DNA of 64,000 nt from Desulfatiglandales bacterium (GTDB taxonomy: Bacteria; Desulfobacterota; DSM-4660; Desulfatiglandales; Desulfatiglandaceae). Shown in pieces: positions 60,695 to 64,000 of this stretch. A program made the translations under genes and the position numbers. A model generated the notes under the pieces. The model searched no databases. It saw only the letters and a list, made by a program, of their open reading frames with translations, and was not told the origin of the DNA. The stretch covers positions 3,200,001-3,264,000 of the forward strand of contig OY759599.1 in assembly GCA_963662465.1 (NCBI GenBank), in the 5' to 3' direction. Position 1 is the first letter of the stretch; each line of letters begins with the position of its first letter.

Positions 60695-63499
60695 CTATTC
60701 CTCATCCAAAATATCTCTCAATTTTTCGGATAATTGCTTAATCTTGAAGGGCTTCTGAATAAAACCATCGCAGCCTCGACCCAATATCTCGGTCGCTTGA
60801 CCCCTAACACTATATCCACTTGAAAGAAGGACCTTCACTCCGGGGTTCATCTCTTTCATTCTATCATAAGCATCCCCCCCATTCATATCCGGCATGATCA
60901 TATCTAGAACCACGATGTCAATCCTCTCCCTGTTCTCCCGGTATATCTCAATGGCTTCTTTTCCGCTTCTGGCTGTCAAGACCGTATAACCCAGTTGCTC
61001 CAGAATTTCCTCGGCAACCTCAATGATCATCTCCTCATCGTCTACGAAAAGGATGGTTTCAGATCCGCTTAATGCGTCCCCCTTTGGCTTCGGTTTCTCA
61101 TCGACCGCTTCTTTATGAGAAACAGGCAGATACACACTGAAGGTTGCACCATTTCCCTTTTCACTGTAAACATTGATGAATCCACCGTGATTTTTGATAA
61201 TCCCATATACCGAAGCCAAACCCAAGCCGGTTCCTCTACCCATCTCCTTGGTGGTGAAGAAAGGGTCAAAGATCCTTTCCCGGGTTGCCTTATCCATTCC
61301 GACGCCCGTGTCGGTAATGGATATTTTCACATAAGGTCCGGGTTCAACGAAAAAAGTTTTGACATAGCTCTCGTCAAGGGTCACATTCTCAGTTTTCACA
61401 TAGAGCGTACCACCCCCCGGCATGGCCTGCCAAGCATTGACATAAAGATTCAACAGTACCTGCTCAATTTGGCCCCGATCGACTTCCACGGGCCAAATAT
61501 CCGTCTGGTATCTGTCTTTAAGAATGATCTCTTTCCTGGTTCGACCAAACATTCGATTTTGTTTTTGGATAAGTTCATTCAAATCCGTTGGCTTGACCTC
61601 ATATTTTCCACCTCTGGCAAAGCTTAAGAGTTGCCCCGTCAGTTCGGCGGCGCTTTCAACATGCCCCACAATACCACGCAAATGTTCAAAATCCCTATGG
61701 GAAGACTCTTTATTCATCAGCATAATAGAGGCACGTCCCTGGATTGCCATGAGCAGGTTGTTGAAGTCATGGGCGATACCGCCGGCCAGGGTTCCAATGG
61801 CCTCCATCTTTTGGGCCTGCTGAAGTTGAGTTTCAAGCATTTTTTGAGCCGTAATGTCCCTCAGAAAATTGAGAGTGGCCGGCTGACCCTCCCAGCTTAT
61901 GAGAACGGCATTAAGTTCGACCGATAGGACTTCTCCGGACCTGTTGAAGATCCTGAAAAAATAAATACCGGGAAAGTCCTCCCCTTTCAGTCTGTTGAGG
62001 TGTCTTTCAAGGGCTATATCCCTGTCTTCAGGATGAATCATGTCAATAAAAGGGATACGGGCCAACTCTTTTGCTGAATACCCCGTCACCGCTTCGGTTT
62101 TGGGATTGACAAATTTGATTACCGCATCCTGGGCAATAAAGATAGCATCCGTGGCGTTTTCTATCAAAAGACGATATTTTTTCTCACTCTCTCGTAATTC
62201 CTCCCGCGCATGCTTCGCCGCGGAAATATCTCGAATAATGCCATGGTATTCCAAGATGCCGCCATCTTCGTCCCGACGACACGCCACATCCAGAATGCAG
62301 TCCATTTCACGGTCCTTTTTCCCGCGCATCTTGATTTCAAAATCCTGTACGGAGTCCTTTTCTTTCATCTCTTTCTGAAATTCATGGTTATTATTGGGAT
62401 CAACGCATAAGTTCCGGAAATTCATTTTTAATATTTCATTTTTAGTGTAACCAAAGAGTTCCGACGCTGCGGAATTGGCATCAGTGAATTCGCCGCGCTG
62501 CGTGGCAATCATAATGGGAACTCTGGACTTCTCAAAAAGGGAACGATATCTCGCCTCGGAGGCTTTTAGTATTCGCTCTGCCCGGATGCGTTTATAGATT
62601 TCTTCTTGCAGTTTTTGATTGGTCTCCGCAAGCGCAATGGTACGCTCCGTTACCCGCCGCTCCAGCTCTTCCTGTTCCCTTCTGAGAATTTCCTCCGCAT
62701 GAACAGCTTCGGTAACATCTCTCAAAACCAGCATGACCGAGGAACTTGCAGCGTCCTTGACCGGCAAAATACTGGGGGAGATATGCCTTCGGTTTATGAG
62801 TATGGGGTTTCCAAAATCCACCTTCCGGGAACCTTCGTCTATTCTGATGAGGAACGCCTTAAGTCTTTCACGATGACGCTCATCGATCTCATTGATCCGT
62901 TCTATAAAATTAGCACCTAATAACGCTTCCTCGGCGAAACCCATAATGGAAACAGCCGCGGGATTGGCAAAGATGATCCTTCCGTCAAGCGAAAGTTCCA
63001 AAATGGCATCGGAGATATTGTTCAAAATTGTTTCAAGATGCCCTTTGGCGGATATGAGTTCCCTGGTAATCTCCCGCTTAAAAACGCCTTTAAACCCCAT
63101 TATTTCTTCAGGAGCACCCTGTGAAATATCGTGGTCCGATTGCTCAATGGCGGCAAGGACATGGGTTTTCATCTTGTTAAACGGTCCCTTCACAATAAAG
63201 GCATCGGCGCCCAATTCAGCAAAATCTCTCGATTCCTCGACAATTGTCGCCGATAGAACCACTGCATAGGTATCCTTTAAAGCAGGTATCTTCCGGATAA
63301 TCCGGCATAATTGTTCCCCGTTGATATTGGGCATTACCAGATCGATGAACATCACATCAGGGATATAGGTCATTAAAATTTTAAGCGCGGAAAGACCGTC
63401 TTCCGCTGTCTTTACCTGATGCCCTTCTTTTCCAAGCAAGTTGCTCATGAACTTCAAAATGACCGGATGATTATCAACGACCAGGATCTTTTTTTTCAT
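60695..63499 (-). CDS. REC-PAS3-HK-REC hybrid histidine kinase
   Basis: GIAHDFNN, GRGTGLGL, two receivers. Confidence 0.93.
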   Translation of the reverse strand: MKKKILVVDNHPVILKFMSNLLGKEGHQVKTAEDGLSALKILMTYIPDVMFIDLVMPNINGEQLCRIIRKIPALKDTYAVVLSATIVEESRDFAELGADAFIVKGPFNKMKTHVLAAIEQSDHDISQGAPEEIMGFKGVFKREITRELISAKGHLETILNNISDAILELSLDGRIIFANPAAVSIMGFAEEALLGANFIERINEIDERHRERLKAFLIRIDEGSRKVDFGNPILINRRHISPSILPVKDAASSSVMLVLRDVTEAVHAEEILRREQEELERRVTERTIALAETNQKLQEEIYKRIRAERILKASEARYRSLFEKSRVPIMIATQRGEFTDANSAASELFGYTKNEILKMNFRNLCVDPNNNHEFQKEMKEKDSVQDFEIKMRGKKDREMDCILDVACRRDEDGGILEYHGIIRDISAAKHAREELRESEKKYRLLIENATDAIFIAQDAVIKFVNPKTEAVTGYSAKELARIPFIDMIHPEDRDIALERHLNRLKGEDFPGIYFFRIFNRSGEVLSVELNAVLISWEGQPATLNFLRDITAQKMLETQLQQAQKMEAIGTLAGGIAHDFNNLLMAIQGRASIMLMNKESSHRDFEHLRGIVGHVESAAELTGQLLSFARGGKYEVKPTDLNELIQKQNRMFGRTRKEIILKDRYQTDIWPVEVDRGQIEQVLLNLYVNAWQAMPGGGTLYVKTENVTLDESYVKTFFVEPGPYVKISITDTGVGMDKATRERIFDPFFTTKEMGRGTGLGLASVYGIIKNHGGFINVYSEKGNGATFSVYLPVSHKEAVDEKPKPKGDALSGSETILFVDDEEMIIEVAEEILEQLGYTVLTARSGKEAIEIYRENRERIDIVVLDMIMPDMNGGDAYDRMKEMNPGVKVLLSSGYSVRGQATEILGRGCDGFIQKPFKIKQLSEKLRDILDEE

Positions 63500-63586
63500 A
63501 TCGGCACCTTAGCTAGAATGGAAAATTTTCACGGTTCAATCCACGAAAGGCCTATACGGCTATGTTGATTGGGCCTGTTGGGTGGG

Positions 63587-64000
63587 TTACACTCTGTTCA
63601 CAGGCAAATTCACAGTCGAAATATATTCCTTCAAAAGCTTTCGGAAAGCAATGGGATAACCATTAATACCCTTGACCAGGGTCGGCAACAGGTGTTTCAG
63701 GACCAACCGGCTTACATCCAATTGATCCCAACCCAGAAGCCTCATATATTCCACCACAAACACATCCGGTAACCCCCTATCGGATTTTTCCTCGAAAAAC
63801 TTCAGGCAAAGATGCGCCAAATAGAGAATCGCAACATTATTTCGAATTTCCAAGGGGATCGTATCCGGAGGCAAAAACGCCGGATAGGACTGAAATTCGA
63901 GACTGCGAACCAGGATATCCGGCATCCCCCATTCCTTCAGTAAAAGAGCACCCAACCGGGCGTGATCCAGGGAATCAATGAGGATGGTTAAAGAAGGATT
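63587..64000 (-). CDS. HDOD-like domain protein, C-terminal part (runs off the window)
   Basis: DHARLGALLLKEWGMP..L...L..Q..P motif. Confidence 0.6.
   Translation of the reverse strand, partial: NPSLTILIDSLDHARLGALLLKEWGMPDILVRSLEFQSYPAFLPPDTIPLEIRNNVAILYLAHLCLKFFEEKSDRGLPDVFVVEYMRLLGWDQLDVSRLVLKHLLPTLVKGINGYPIAFRKLLKEYISTVNLPVNRV

Overview
The window resembles a Desulfobacterota (deltaproteobacterial) chromosome and has two parts. (1) About 1-22.9 kb is an AT-rich accessory region that reads as an integron cassette array, with no integrase in the window. There are seven clear attC sites plus one degenerate one, and their core/inverse-core boxes pair across the cassettes. The cassettes carry an IPT/TIG-repeat lipoprotein, an Mrr-like nuclease, a SIR2-STAND-TPR (Avs5-like) protein, a type IIG R-M enzyme, RhuM, a SWIM-finger membrane protein and small TA-like genes. 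Three different mobile elements sit at attC sites: an IS91-family HUH transposase whose ends are a perfect 15-bp inverted repeat fused to the flanking attC boxes, a top-strand group II intron starting right after an attC GTT, and an ORF-less group IIC-attC intron remnant splitting an inverse-core box. The RT gene of the first intron is itself split at GTPQGG by a 321-bp non-coding RIT-like element flanked by 6-bp Gly-Gly spacers, so excision would restore the frame. (2) About 22.9-64 kb is mostly core genome: two-component/PAS kinases, tonB-exbBD, kdsD, mla, rlmH, glutaryl-CoA dehydrogenase/glutaconyl-CoA decarboxylase, an MCP and a sigma54 module, a repeat-flanked TA pair, an aroF-aroB-aminotransferase-tyrA operon with an F/Y/W-rich leader-peptide attenuator, three tandem ParA/MinD ATPases and cobO. 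All calls come from reading the sequence and motifs; no searches were run.
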